Below, piece by piece: positions 20,662-30,084 of a stretch of 64,000 nucleotides of DNA (position 1 is the stretch's first letter; every line of letters begins with the position of its first letter). Position numbers and translations under genes: made by a program. Source of the DNA: a virus; IMG/VR virus record IMGVR_UViG_3300013131_000021, one strand, 5' to 3'. The notes under the pieces are model-generated. The model ran no database searches and was not told the DNA's origin. It was given only the letters and a program-made list of their open reading frames with translations.

Positions 20662-21305
20662 TGTCAGGATTTAAAATTAGTCCAGAATCGCTAAGACCTG
20701 AATTTTATCAGGTTGTGTTAACATTAAGTGGGGGAACAGGAACGTATCCTACAGCTGACGGGAATGATAATGGAGCGGTATATCCTCAGGATCACAGCCA
20801 ATTCTCTACTCAACCCAGCACTTATGTCATAGGAAAGCGTGTAGCCAGAGGACATCAGAGATTTTTAGCTATTGTAGAGAATCTTTCAAAGTATTCAGAT
20901 TGTCAGATACAAGATGTACAATTTACTTCAGCAGGTATAACAGTTGCAGATAACCAACCTACTTCAGTTACTTTTACTGTAAAATATGATCGCGGTGGTG
21001 CTGCTGGTGCAGGAACCAGCGAAGCAGTATTAGGCAGTGTTAGATCTGAAATAGGATCTCCCTTCCAATTTACTCCCACTACAGGTGGTGCGGTCACTGT
21101 AAACACTACTGCCAGGGCGCTGAGATATCTAATTGGTCAGGCCATCGGTAGAACTAACTACACCAAGAGTCTCAGAGTATGGGACGGTGGAAATGGATTT
21201 GAAATACAGGAAAAACTCACAGTAACATTGCCGGATTCGATCGGTGATATCTATGATGATATCGCAGTAACTCTAGTAGATGCTGCTGAGACCATAGATT
21301 CGTAA
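20661..21305 (+). CDS. Hypothetical virion protein
   Basis: 214 aa, Gly/Thr-rich; followed by a terminator. Confidence 0.55.
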   Translation: MSGFKISPESLRPEFYQVVLTLSGGTGTYPTADGNDNGAVYPQDHSQFSTQPSTYVIGKRVARGHQRFLAIVENLSKYSDCQIQDVQFTSAGITVADNQPTSVTFTVKYDRGGAAGAGTSEAVLGSVRSEIGSPFQFTPTTGGAVTVNTTARALRYLIGQAIGRTNYTKSLRVWDGGNGFEIQEKLTVTLPDSIGDIYDDIAVTLVDAAETIDS

Positions 21306-21320
21306 TTTCTATATTATATC

Positions 21321-21348
21321 AAATAGGGCCGCAAGGCCCTATTTTTTT
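21321..21348 (+). terminator. Intrinsic terminator
   Basis: AAATAGGGCC-GCAA-GGCCCTATTTTTTT (GNRA loop). Confidence 0.85.
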
Positions 21349-21362
21349 CAGTAAATACAGTT

Positions 21363-22949
21363 ATGGGAAAATCGTTAGACGGCAATTTAATTAAAAAAGC
21401 CCACAAAGCAGTAAGGTATACCCTTGATGAAGTCAAGCACTTAGAAAATTGCATGGACCCTGTGGATGGTCCATTGTATTTCGCTAAAAATTTCATTAAA
21501 ATACAGCACCCTGTCAAAGGATCGATACCTTTTAAACCTTATGAATATCAAGAAAGATTGATACAGGCTTACCACGGCAATAAAGAGTGCATCGCTATGT
21601 TGCCCAGACAAATGGGTAAAACCACCTGCGCAGTTGCTTACCTATTATGGTACACTATGTTTGTACCGGATGTTCAGGTTTTGATTGCAGCTCATAAGTA
21701 TGAAGGTGCTCGTGATATCATGGATCGTTATAGATATGCCTACGAAAATCTTCCAGATTTTGTGCGAGCGGGCGTATATTCGTATAATAGAAATACTATC
21801 GAATACGATAACGGATCAAGAATACAAGCTACAACTACTACCGAAAACACAGGCCGCGGCAAATCCCTATCATTGATATATTGCGACGAGTTTGCATTCG
21901 TGCAGCCAATAGAAAAAGCCAAAGAATTCTGGACAGCATTATCTCCAACACTGGCCACAGGCGGTAAAGCGATCATCACATCAACACCGAACTCAGACGA
22001 AGATCAGTTTGCAATGATATGGACTGAAGCAAATAAAAAGTTTGATGAATACGGTAATGAGACTTCAGTCGGACAAAATGGATTTTTTCCTTTTTTTGCA
22101 CACTGGAACGAACATCCTGATCGAGACGATGCATGGGCAAGATTAGAAAAAGCCAAAATTGGTGAAGAACGTTTTAGGCGTGAATTTGAATGTGAATTTT
22201 TAATTTATGACGAAACCCTAATTAATTCCGTAAAATTAGTAGAATTGACAGGCAAAGAACCTATAATGACTATGGGTCAAACACGTTGGTATAAAGATAT
22301 AGATTCTAGATCGACCTATTTGCTGGCTCTAGATCCAAGTCTAGGAACTGGCGGTGATTATGCCGCAATACAAGTATACGAAATGCCGGCCATGGAGCAG
22401 GTCGCCGAATGGCATCATAATACTACTCCCGTCCAACAACAAGTAAAACATATGAGAGAAATACTGCGATACATACACGATCGCGGAGAAGAAAAAGGCG
22501 GAGTGCCGCAAATCTATTATTCTGTTGAAAACAATACTTTAGGAGAATCTGCACTTATTGTTATTAATGATATAGGCGAAGAAAATTTTCACGGATTATT
22601 TTTAAGCGAACCTATTAGAAAAGGCCATGTTCGAAAATTTAGAAAAGGATTTAATACTACACATCGTACGAAAATTACGGCATGTAGTCAACTTAAAAAT
22701 ATGATAGAAACAAACAAGATGAAATTAAATTCGAAACCGTTGATTTCTGAGCTGAAAACATTTGTAGCTACAGGACTAGGATTCAAAGCTAAATCCGGCG
22801 AAAACGACGATCTAGTAAGTTCTACTTTATTAGTAATGCGCATGGCTGATGTTTTAGCTGATTGGGATCCGCATATCTACGACAAAATGACTGAAAAAAT
22901 CACCGAGGAATCGATGCCTATGCCGATCTTTGTTAGCATGGGCTTATGA
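21363..22949 (+). CDS. gp17: Terminase large subunit (gp17-like)
   Basis: PRQMGKTT Walker A, LIYCDEFAF Walker B, ITSTPN motif III, ALDPSLG RNase H domain, GENDDLV. Confidence 0.95.
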   Translation: MGKSLDGNLIKKAHKAVRYTLDEVKHLENCMDPVDGPLYFAKNFIKIQHPVKGSIPFKPYEYQERLIQAYHGNKECIAMLPRQMGKTTCAVAYLLWYTMFVPDVQVLIAAHKYEGARDIMDRYRYAYENLPDFVRAGVYSYNRNTIEYDNGSRIQATTTTENTGRGKSLSLIYCDEFAFVQPIEKAKEFWTALSPTLATGGKAIITSTPNSDEDQFAMIWTEANKKFDEYGNETSVGQNGFFPFFAHWNEHPDRDDAWARLEKAKIGEERFRREFECEFLIYDETLINSVKLVELTGKEPIMTMGQTRWYKDIDSRSTYLLALDPSLGTGGDYAAIQVYEMPAMEQVAEWHHNTTPVQQQVKHMREILRYIHDRGEEKGGVPQIYYSVENNTLGESALIVINDIGEENFHGLFLSEPIRKGHVRKFRKGFNTTHRTKITACSQLKNMIETNKMKLNSKPLISELKTFVATGLGFKAKSGENDDLVSSTLLVMRMADVLADWDPHIYDKMTEKITEESMPMPIFVSMGL

Positions 22950-22960
22950 TAAATATAACT

Positions 22961-24676
22961 ATGGACGCAAGAAATAATATAGCTACTGATCTATTCTATA
23001 AAATAAGAAGCAGATTTTCTGGATTAAAGTTAGGTGCTGAAACAGGACAAATTACTATCAATCCCGAAGAGGCAAGATTCTTTGACTTTGATTATATGGA
23101 AGGTCAAAAACCCATCGGACACGTTAGTATTAGCCTAGCTGAGCCTAATTCCATGAAAGTCTATTTCAGCCATGGAATCACAGAAGGCATGGATGATACG
23201 CAAAAAACCAGTTGGTATGGTTTTTTAAAAGAACTTAGACACTTTGCCAAAAGAAGATTATTAAGCTTTGATACAAGAGATATTGCCAAGGATAATTTAG
23301 ATCGTAGAGATTATGAATTCTTAGTACAAAATTCTCAATCAAAGCAAACAGAACCAAACACAATACAAAAACCAGTCGGAGAAAGCGTTATGAACGAAAG
23401 CTCAATGTACGGTAGCAGATTAATGAGCTATCAGAATTTGATGGATACTAAATTAATTATCAAACATAGCCAAGCAGTTATGGATGACACGCAACCGGGC
23501 GCTAGAACACGACATATCTCTGCGCTGTTCGTCGAAAATCAAGACGGCGAAAGATTTAAATATCCTTTCATACACTTAGCAGGCGCTCGCGCTATGCAGC
23601 GTCATGTGGCCAATGGCGGTGTTCCGTATGATGATATCGGTAAGAGTATCGTTAGGATGAGCGAAGAAATCGCACAGTTAAAAAGTTTTGGAAATTATGT
23701 AGTTAGAAACGATCTTATGAATTCTGAAACGAATGGTGTTGTTGAGCAATCAACAGCATATCTAAATAGCCTAAGAGAACAAATCAAGGCATTAGCAAAA
23801 CAAAGTCATTATCAAGCATACAGAGAAAATTTTCAGGCATACGACAGCGAAGAAGTACCACAAGATGTAGTAGAAGATTTCAAAGAAAAATTTACAGTAA
23901 GAAGTTTTAAAGAAGATATCGCAAGCGTATTTCCGGTCTTGTATAGACTAATGAAAGAAGGAAACACGATAGGCTATGACGACATAGTCGCAATGACACA
24001 AGAAGAACAAAATAACGAGGATGTTCAATTAGAAAACGAAGAAACAGCTGACGTGTTTGAAAAGTTTGAACAATGGATAATGTCTTTAGGTGAAGACAGT
24101 GCGATAGTCAGCCAAGATCCAGAAGAGCAACAGGCAGCAATTAAAGAATTACAAGAATTAGTTGGTCAACATTTTCCTGCAGGCACAGATGGAACAAATG
24201 CTATAGAAAGTTTAAAAGGTATTATAGAAGATGCCGATTTATATTCTCAAATAAAAGAAGCATCGAAACAAGATCCAGATACATGTGTACGAGGTTTAGT
24301 AAAAGATTGGTTAGAACAAAATGTACCTGAAGTTGTAGATCAATTAGATTTTGGTGATTTTGTCGAAGAGCCGGCCGCAGATCAAGGAGGTGACCAAACT
24401 GCTCCGGAAGAAGAACCACAGATGGCAGATATGGATCGAGAACAAGAACCGCAAAAATTAAATGTCCAAGAACTAGCAGAATTTATAACAAGTTTCTATG
24501 ATAAAAATTCAGGCACATTTCCTAAGGGACCAGAAGGTGTTTGCACAATGGTAGGCAAAAAATTTGGAGAACAGGCTGCACAGGTTGCTCGAAAGTTTGT
24601 AGAGCGTATGGCCCCACAACAACAAGATCCACAGATTGCAGAATTATCACGTATTAGAGAACTAGCAGGCTATTAA
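22961..24676 (+). CDS. Large acidic late protein (hypothetical, possibly head-internal)
   Basis: ATG at 22961, 5 nt after TAAATA; acidic C-terminus ending RIRELAGY. Confidence 0.6.
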   Translation: MDARNNIATDLFYKIRSRFSGLKLGAETGQITINPEEARFFDFDYMEGQKPIGHVSISLAEPNSMKVYFSHGITEGMDDTQKTSWYGFLKELRHFAKRRLLSFDTRDIAKDNLDRRDYEFLVQNSQSKQTEPNTIQKPVGESVMNESSMYGSRLMSYQNLMDTKLIIKHSQAVMDDTQPGARTRHISALFVENQDGERFKYPFIHLAGARAMQRHVANGGVPYDDIGKSIVRMSEEIAQLKSFGNYVVRNDLMNSETNGVVEQSTAYLNSLREQIKALAKQSHYQAYRENFQAYDSEEVPQDVVEDFKEKFTVRSFKEDIASVFPVLYRLMKEGNTIGYDDIVAMTQEEQNNEDVQLENEETADVFEKFEQWIMSLGEDSAIVSQDPEEQQAAIKELQELVGQHFPAGTDGTNAIESLKGIIEDADLYSQIKEASKQDPDTCVRGLVKDWLEQNVPEVVDQLDFGDFVEEPAADQGGDQTAPEEEPQMADMDREQEPQKLNVQELAEFITSFYDKNSGTFPKGPEGVCTMVGKKFGEQAAQVARKFVERMAPQQQDPQIAELSRIRELAGY

Positions 24677-24697
24677 CAGTTTTGTCGCAGTGAGATT

Positions 24698-24721
24698 GGG
24701 CACTTCGGTGCCCTTTCTTTT
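24698..24721 (+). terminator. Intrinsic terminator
   Basis: GGGCAC-TTCG-GTGCCC followed by a T-rich tail. Confidence 0.85.
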
Positions 24722-24812
24722 GGCCACAAAGTCAACGCAAATGTTTATAAGGCGTTATATATATATACGCACAGCAATTTCGCTGTCGTTAATTCAAAAA
24801 AGGAGATTTCAT

Positions 24813-25001
24813 ATGAAATCAGTAGTCGCTCTAGTAGCATCATTGTTTGCAGTATCCGCTTTTGCACAGGCACCTGCTGCACCAGCAAAAAAAGAAGAAG
24901 CTAAGCCTGCAGCCGCAGCACCTGCTAAGGATGCCAAGGCCGCTGACAAAAGCGCCGCTCCTAAAAAGGACGATAAAAAAGCCGAAGCTGCTAAGAAGTA
25001 A
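24813..25001 (+). CDS. Small secreted Ala/Lys/Pro-rich protein
   Basis: AAGGAG SD; Sec signal MKSVVALVASLFAVSAFA then AKP low-complexity; 62 aa. Confidence 0.7.
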   Translation: MKSVVALVASLFAVSAFAQAPAAPAKKEEAKPAAAAPAKDAKAADKSAAPKKDDKKAEAAKK

Positions 25002-25240
25002 TCCACTTAGAAAATCCTTATTAGTCAGAGGTAACTCCACTGGGTTTCTAATCGACGATGAGGATATTCTAGTAAGTTATCGCAGACCAGAAATAGTTAA
25101 AGACTTAGTTGATAACGATGATGATCTAAGTGATGACATAAAATGGAAATTATTCTTAGCTAGACAGTTAGCTTTATTAAAGTACAAAAAAAGTGGGCAT
25201 GACCCACTTTTCTTTTGGCAAAAAAATATTTGAAAAGATA

Positions 25241-25269
25241 TTGACCTTGCTAAATAAAAAGCGCATAAT
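25241..25269 (+). promoter_or_regulatory. Composite early/late promoter for gp32
   Basis: TTGACC-17-CATAAT with TAAATA embedded in the spacer. Confidence 0.65.
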
Positions 25270-25323
25270 AGTTGTTATGCGAAAGGCATACATTTTATTT
25301 TACAGGCATAAGGAGGCTATAAA

Positions 25324-26295
25324 ATGGCAACACTAGCAGAAATTCGTGCAAAACTTCAAGAAGCACAATCTAAGAGCACTGGCTCTACATCAGGCGGCGG
25401 CGACAACGCAATTTACCCACATTGGAATATGCAAGAAGGCAAAGAAGCCGTAGTACGTTTCTTACCTGACGGCAATGCCAACAACACTTTTTTCTGGGTA
25501 GAACGTGCGATGATCAAACTCGAGTTCGCAGGAATCAAAGGCGAAACAGACAGCAGAAAAGTACAGGTGCAGGTGCCCTGCGTAGAGATGTACAACGACG
25601 GTTCAGTTTGCCCTATCCTGTCAGAGGTACGCGGTTGGTTCAAAGACAAGAGCTTGGAAGAAAAAGGTCGCCAATATTGGAAAAAGCGTTCATACATTTT
25701 CCAAGGCTTTGTTGTTGAAGATGTACTCAAAGAAGAAAACACACCGGATAATCCTATCCGTAGATTCATCATCGGTCCTCAGATCTATCAAATCATCCGT
25801 TCGGCATTGATGGATCCAGAATTGGAAGAGTTGCCAACTGACTTCCTCCGTGGTGTCGACTTCCGTATCGCTAAGACATCTAAAGGTGGCTTTGCTGATT
25901 ACTCTACTTCAAAGTGGAGCCGTCGTGAACGTGCTCTAACTGATGTTGAAAAGGCAGCGATTGAAACTCATGGCTTGTTTGATCTGTCAGCATTCTTGCC
26001 CAAGAAACCTACTGATGTCGAACTCAAGGTAATGAAAGAAATGTTTGAAGCTTCGGTGGATGGAGAAGCTTATGACATGGGACGTTGGGGTCAATATTTC
26101 AAACCAGCAGGCATGGGTCAAGCTACTGGCGATCCTGTCGCCAGAAAAGCTAATGTATCAGATGACGATCATTCAGCTGAACAGTCGTCAACTAATCCAG
26201 CTTCAGCTCAACCTACCCCAGAGACATCTAGCAGTGATTCTCCTAGTCGTGCGCAAGATATCTTGGCAATGATTCGCAATCGTCAAAAGCAGTAA
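25324..26295 (+). CDS. gp32: Single-stranded DNA-binding protein (gp32-like)
   Basis: VRFLPD, CPIL, YWKKRSY, DFRIAK...GG..DYSTSKW motifs; AGGAGG SD. Confidence 0.9.
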   Translation: MATLAEIRAKLQEAQSKSTGSTSGGGDNAIYPHWNMQEGKEAVVRFLPDGNANNTFFWVERAMIKLEFAGIKGETDSRKVQVQVPCVEMYNDGSVCPILSEVRGWFKDKSLEEKGRQYWKKRSYIFQGFVVEDVLKEENTPDNPIRRFIIGPQIYQIIRSALMDPELEELPTDFLRGVDFRIAKTSKGGFADYSTSKWSRRERALTDVEKAAIETHGLFDLSAFLPKKPTDVELKVMKEMFEASVDGEAYDMGRWGQYFKPAGMGQATGDPVARKANVSDDDHSAEQSSTNPASAQPTPETSSSDSPSRAQDILAMIRNRQKQ

Positions 26296-26301
26296 TAATA
26301 T

Positions 26302-26349
26302 GACCCGGACCTCTGAGACATAATTCTCATCGTCCGGGTTCTTTACTTT
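26302..26349 (+). terminator. Long hairpin/terminator after gp32
   Basis: GACCCGGAC...GTCCGGGTT outer stem, TGAGA/TCTCA inner stem, T-rich tail. Confidence 0.6.
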
Positions 26350-26360
26350 AGGAGATAATT

Positions 26361-26855
26361 ATGGCTAACTGGAAAGTATCACCTTACTTCAAAAAATCCT
26401 GCGAAGAACATGAGATCTATACTAAAGATGATCTTACTATCAGAAGAAAAACTGGATACCGGGGTGCTAGTTTCTACGTTGAAACCACAGACGACAATTC
26501 TCCAGAATTTGAATTTGATTTTGTGCCTGGCGGTGATGGTCGTAAAGACAGTATTAATATGTACGACTGTCTAGGTTCCAATATTGAAAACGTAGAATTA
26601 GAAAGTATGTGGGACGGCTGCTGGGAAGATATTGAATTTCCAGAAGATATGGATGAAGAAGAACAAGAACGTCTCCAAGAGCTGTTTGAAGAAGAAGGCG
26701 TCTATGAAGTCCTAGAAGGCAACGAAGGATGGAGTAATTACGAAACAGAAGCATGGATATGGGGCCCAATCTTAATCGAAGATGAAAACGGCAACCAAAT
26801 TCGTATCATCGTCGCAGATGAAACCGGCAATGTAATAGATTATAAGGAAGAATAA
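26361..26855 (+). CDS. Hypothetical acidic protein
   Basis: 164 aa, AGGAG SD. Confidence 0.65.
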   Translation: MANWKVSPYFKKSCEEHEIYTKDDLTIRRKTGYRGASFYVETTDDNSPEFEFDFVPGGDGRKDSINMYDCLGSNIENVELESMWDGCWEDIEFPEDMDEEEQERLQELFEEEGVYEVLEGNEGWSNYETEAWIWGPILIEDENGNQIRIIVADETGNVIDYKEE

Positions 26856-27932
26856 ATGGCCAAAGCATTTGATATTAGTAAATTTAGAAAATCAATAACA
26901 AAAAACATAGAAGGTCTAAGTATAGGTTTTAACGATCCCACCGATTGGATCTCCACTGGAAACTATGCTTTAAATTATCTAATAAGCGGAGATTTCAACA
27001 AGGGTGTACCGCTGGGCAAGGTGACAGTATTTGCTGGAGAATCCGGTGCAGGAAAATCGTATATTTGTTCAGGAAATTTAATCCGACATGCACAACAACA
27101 AGGAATTTATCCTATATTAATTGATAGTGAAAATGCTTTGGATGAAGAATGGCTTAAAGCATTGGGTGTAGACACTTCAGAAGATAAGCTATTGAAACTT
27201 AATATGGCGATGATTGACGATGTTGCTAAAACTATCACAGAATTCATGGGCGAATACAAAGCAATGCCTGAACAAGATAGACCGAAGATTCTGTTTGTAA
27301 TTGATAGTTTAGGTATGTTGCTTACACCGACAGATGTAAATCAATTTGAAGCGGGAGATTTAAAAGGTGATATGGGTAGAAAGCCTAAGGCTCTTACGGC
27401 GTTGGTCCGTAATTGTGTTAATATGTTTGGTAGCCATAATGTTGGATTAATTGCCACAAATCACACATACGCTAGCCAAGATATGTTTGACCCAGATGAT
27501 AAGATCTCGGGAGGTCAAGGATTTATCTATGCAAGCTCGATTGTCGTAGCCATGCGCAAGCTCAAGCTAAAAGAAGATGAAGATGGCAACAAGATCTCCG
27601 AAGTCAAAGGCATCCGTGCTGCTTGTAAAGTTATGAAAACAAGGTATGCTAAACCGTTTGAAAGTGTGCAGGTAAAGATTCCCTATGAGACTGGCATGAA
27701 TCCTTATTCTGGACTAACTGATCTATGTGAAGCAAAAGGACTTTTGTCTAAAGATGGCAATAGATTATCATATACTAGCAAAGACGGAGAAATTATTAAG
27801 GCATATCGAAAAGAATGGGAAAGAAATGAAAACAAATGTCTTGATACTGTGATGTCAGACATTTCCAATCACGGTGAAAAAACCGTTTCTGAGATAATTA
27901 ATACAGTTGAGTCAGAAACGGAGGAAGCTTAA
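26856..27932 (+). CDS. uvsX: RecA-like recombinase UvsX
   Basis: GESGAGKS Walker A, IDSENA, VIDSLG, GGQGFIYASS and K.RYAKPF motifs. Confidence 0.92.
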   Translation: MAKAFDISKFRKSITKNIEGLSIGFNDPTDWISTGNYALNYLISGDFNKGVPLGKVTVFAGESGAGKSYICSGNLIRHAQQQGIYPILIDSENALDEEWLKALGVDTSEDKLLKLNMAMIDDVAKTITEFMGEYKAMPEQDRPKILFVIDSLGMLLTPTDVNQFEAGDLKGDMGRKPKALTALVRNCVNMFGSHNVGLIATNHTYASQDMFDPDDKISGGQGFIYASSIVVAMRKLKLKEDEDGNKISEVKGIRAACKVMKTRYAKPFESVQVKIPYETGMNPYSGLTDLCEAKGLLSKDGNRLSYTSKDGEIIKAYRKEWERNENKCLDTVMSDISNHGEKTVSEIINTVESETEEA

Positions 27933-28165
27933 TGAAAGAAGATTTAATTGCAGACTTGTGGTCAGTGATTGTCGAACACATACCAGAAAAACAACGTGCA
28001 TTGGTAGCTAGCGATTTTATAAACACACTAATGGATTATGGTATTAAAGAATCTACCCTGGATAGTTTGCTAGGTGTAGACCCATATCTGGACAATGCGA
28101 TAGAATATGTAATTGACGGTGATGATATTTCGAATGATGAAGATTATTACGAAGATGAGGATTAA
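27932..28165 (+). CDS. Hypothetical acidic protein
   Basis: 77 aa between uvsX and uvsY, coupled stops and starts. Confidence 0.6.
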   Translation: MKEDLIADLWSVIVEHIPEKQRALVASDFINTLMDYGIKESTLDSLLGVDPYLDNAIEYVIDGDDISNDEDYYEDED

Positions 28166-28621
28166 ATGAATTGGTATGATCGAGTTTCTAAGGATATCTC
28201 TCAGATACCAGATGCTGTAGCATACTATGAATCTGAACTCTTGGCGGCGAAAGCAGATACTCGCATAGCGGGAAATATAGAAAAGGCTGCTGCCAATATG
28301 CCCGGCATCGTAGAAAATCGATTTAATCAACTTCAAGAGATTGAAGGTATTTTAGAATATCTCAATATCGAACTTCGTAGACTTCGCAGTCAACATTTCC
28401 GAAAATATCTTGAAAACTATCAACGAGCTTTGTCTTCTAGAGACTGTGAAAAGTTTGTAGAAGGCGAGGCTGATGTCGTAGACTTTGAAAAAATTATCAA
28501 CGATTTTGCCCTATTAAGAAACAAATGGTTAGGCATTATTAAAGCATTAGACATAAAGCAATGGCAGGTTTCCAACATTGTTAAATTAAGAACAGCCGGT
28601 CTTGAAGACGCCACTCTTTAA
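28166..28621 (+). CDS. uvsY: Recombination mediator UvsY-like
   Basis: Helical; YLENY.RALSSRD.EKFV.GE and KALDIKQWQ.SNIVKLR motifs; follows uvsX. Confidence 0.8.
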   Translation: MNWYDRVSKDISQIPDAVAYYESELLAAKADTRIAGNIEKAAANMPGIVENRFNQLQEIEGILEYLNIELRRLRSQHFRKYLENYQRALSSRDCEKFVEGEADVVDFEKIINDFALLRNKWLGIIKALDIKQWQVSNIVKLRTAGLEDATL

Positions 28622-28641
28622 GTAGCACGATAAACTGGGCA

Positions 28642-28649
28642 TATAAATA
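28642..28649 (+). promoter_or_regulatory. T4-type late promoter heading the sugar-modification locus
   Basis: Exact TATAAATA, 5 nt before ATG 28655. Confidence 0.7.
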
Positions 28650-28654
28650 AGACT

Positions 28655-29416
28655 ATGAAAATAGTCTTAGTCACAGGGGGCTTTGACCCTATACACTCCG
28701 GGCACATTGCCTACTTCAAAGCAGCTAAAACACTAGGTGATATGTTAATAGTTGGATTAAATTCTGACGAGTGGCTTGAACGTAAAAAAGGTCGCGCATT
28801 CATGCCATGGAATGAACGACTATGTATTATCAATAATCTATCGATGGTAGATGAAGTCTACACCTTCGATGATTCAGATGGATCAGCTAAACATTTTATT
28901 CAACAAGTCAGAGCGCACTACTCCGATGCTCATTTAATTTTTGCTAATGGCGGCGACCGTACAGCATCAAATATTCCAGAAATGGATGTCATAGATAATA
29001 ACATAGAGTTTGCCTTTGGTGTTGGAGGAGATAATAAGAAAAATTCCAGCTCTTGGATTTTAGAAGAATGGAAAGCCCCTAAAACTTCAAGACCTTGGGG
29101 ATATTACAGAGTTTTACACGAAAATAATAAAGAAGTCAAAGTTAAAGAATTAACTGTTGAGCCAGGCATGTGTCTAAGTATGCAACGGCATAAAGACAGG
29201 GCAGAATATTGGTTTATCTCAGAAGGAAGCGCAGAAGTCTATACAATAAATCGTAGTACAGATTCGGAGTTAATGGGTGTTTATCATAAACATCAATTTC
29301 TGTTTATTAGTAAAAATGAATGGCATCAGCTTTGCAATGGTACTAATGAACCTTTAAAAATTGTAGAGATACAATATGGCCAAGATTGTAAAGAAGAGGA
29401 TATAGAAAGAAAATGA
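28655..29416 (+). CDS. Cytidylyl/adenylyltransferase (TagD/RfaE-like) fused to a mannose-6-P isomerase-type cupin
   Basis: TGGFDPIHSGH (HxGH) and GLNSD; C-terminal RPWG.Y, LSMQRH..R.E.W, HQL.N, IVEIQYG. Confidence 0.85.
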   Translation: MKIVLVTGGFDPIHSGHIAYFKAAKTLGDMLIVGLNSDEWLERKKGRAFMPWNERLCIINNLSMVDEVYTFDDSDGSAKHFIQQVRAHYSDAHLIFANGGDRTASNIPEMDVIDNNIEFAFGVGGDNKKNSSSWILEEWKAPKTSRPWGYYRVLHENNKEVKVKELTVEPGMCLSMQRHKDRAEYWFISEGSAEVYTINRSTDSELMGVYHKHQFLFISKNEWHQLCNGTNEPLKIVEIQYGQDCKEEDIERK

Positions 29417-30084
29417 AAGTTTTTGTAGGCTATGACATTAGGGAAGATATCGCATATCAAGTGTGCGAATATAGTATTAAAAAGCACCAGCCTAAAGCAG
29501 AAGTTATTCCTCTTAAACAAAAAGAATTAAGACAAAGTGGAATCTATACAAGAGAGGTTGATCCTCTTAGTTCAACTGAATTTACATTCACTAGATTTTT
29601 AGTGCCGTATCTAACTGATTATAAAGGTTGGGCAGTATTTATAGATTGTGATTTTGTATTAGTAGAAGACATAAAAAATTTATTTGAACATGCCAATGAT
29701 GATTATGCGGTGAAAGTAGTCAAACATGATTATACTCCCAAAGAAGGATTTAAAATGGATGGCTGCAAACAATTGCCTTATCCTAGAAAAAATTGGAGCT
29801 CTGCAATATTATGGAATTGCGGACACCCTAAAAACAAACAATTAACTCCAGATGTTATTAATTCTCAAACAGGACAATTTCTTCATAGATTTCAATGGTT
29901 AGATGATAGCGAGATCGGAACACTTAGTCCCAGTTGGAATTGGTTAGCAGGATGGTATAAGGATCCGAACGACGGAGTTCCTTCTGCTATACATTATACC
30001 GAAGGCGGTCCGTGGTTCCAAGAATATAGACGTTGTGAATATCATAAAATTTGGAAAAAATATCTTAAAGAAATGTTAAAATGA
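29413..30084 (+). CDS. GT-A glycosyltransferase (GT8-like)
   Basis: STEFTFTRF, FIDCDF (DxD), YPRKNWSS, WNWL and HYTEGGPW motifs. Confidence 0.75.
   Translation: MKVFVGYDIREDIAYQVCEYSIKKHQPKAEVIPLKQKELRQSGIYTREVDPLSSTEFTFTRFLVPYLTDYKGWAVFIDCDFVLVEDIKNLFEHANDDYAVKVVKHDYTPKEGFKMDGCKQLPYPRKNWSSAILWNCGHPKNKQLTPDVINSQTGQFLHRFQWLDDSEIGTLSPSWNWLAGWYKDPNDGVPSAIHYTEGGPWFQEYRRCEYHKIWKKYLKEMLK

Noticed and set aside
22961-24676. Portal protein call based on position after the terminase
   Set aside because: No recognisable gp20 portal motifs; acidic, partly disordered composition
24887-24894. A-AAA-AAA-G slippery sequence as a -1 frameshift into the downstream orphan domain
   Set aside because: A -1 shift enters a different frame from the open 24847..25233 frame, so it cannot explain that ORF
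24809-25040. Antisense hydrophobic ORFs 24809..25006 and 24840..25040
   Set aside because: Mirror images of the low-complexity AKP gene; no SD or promoter
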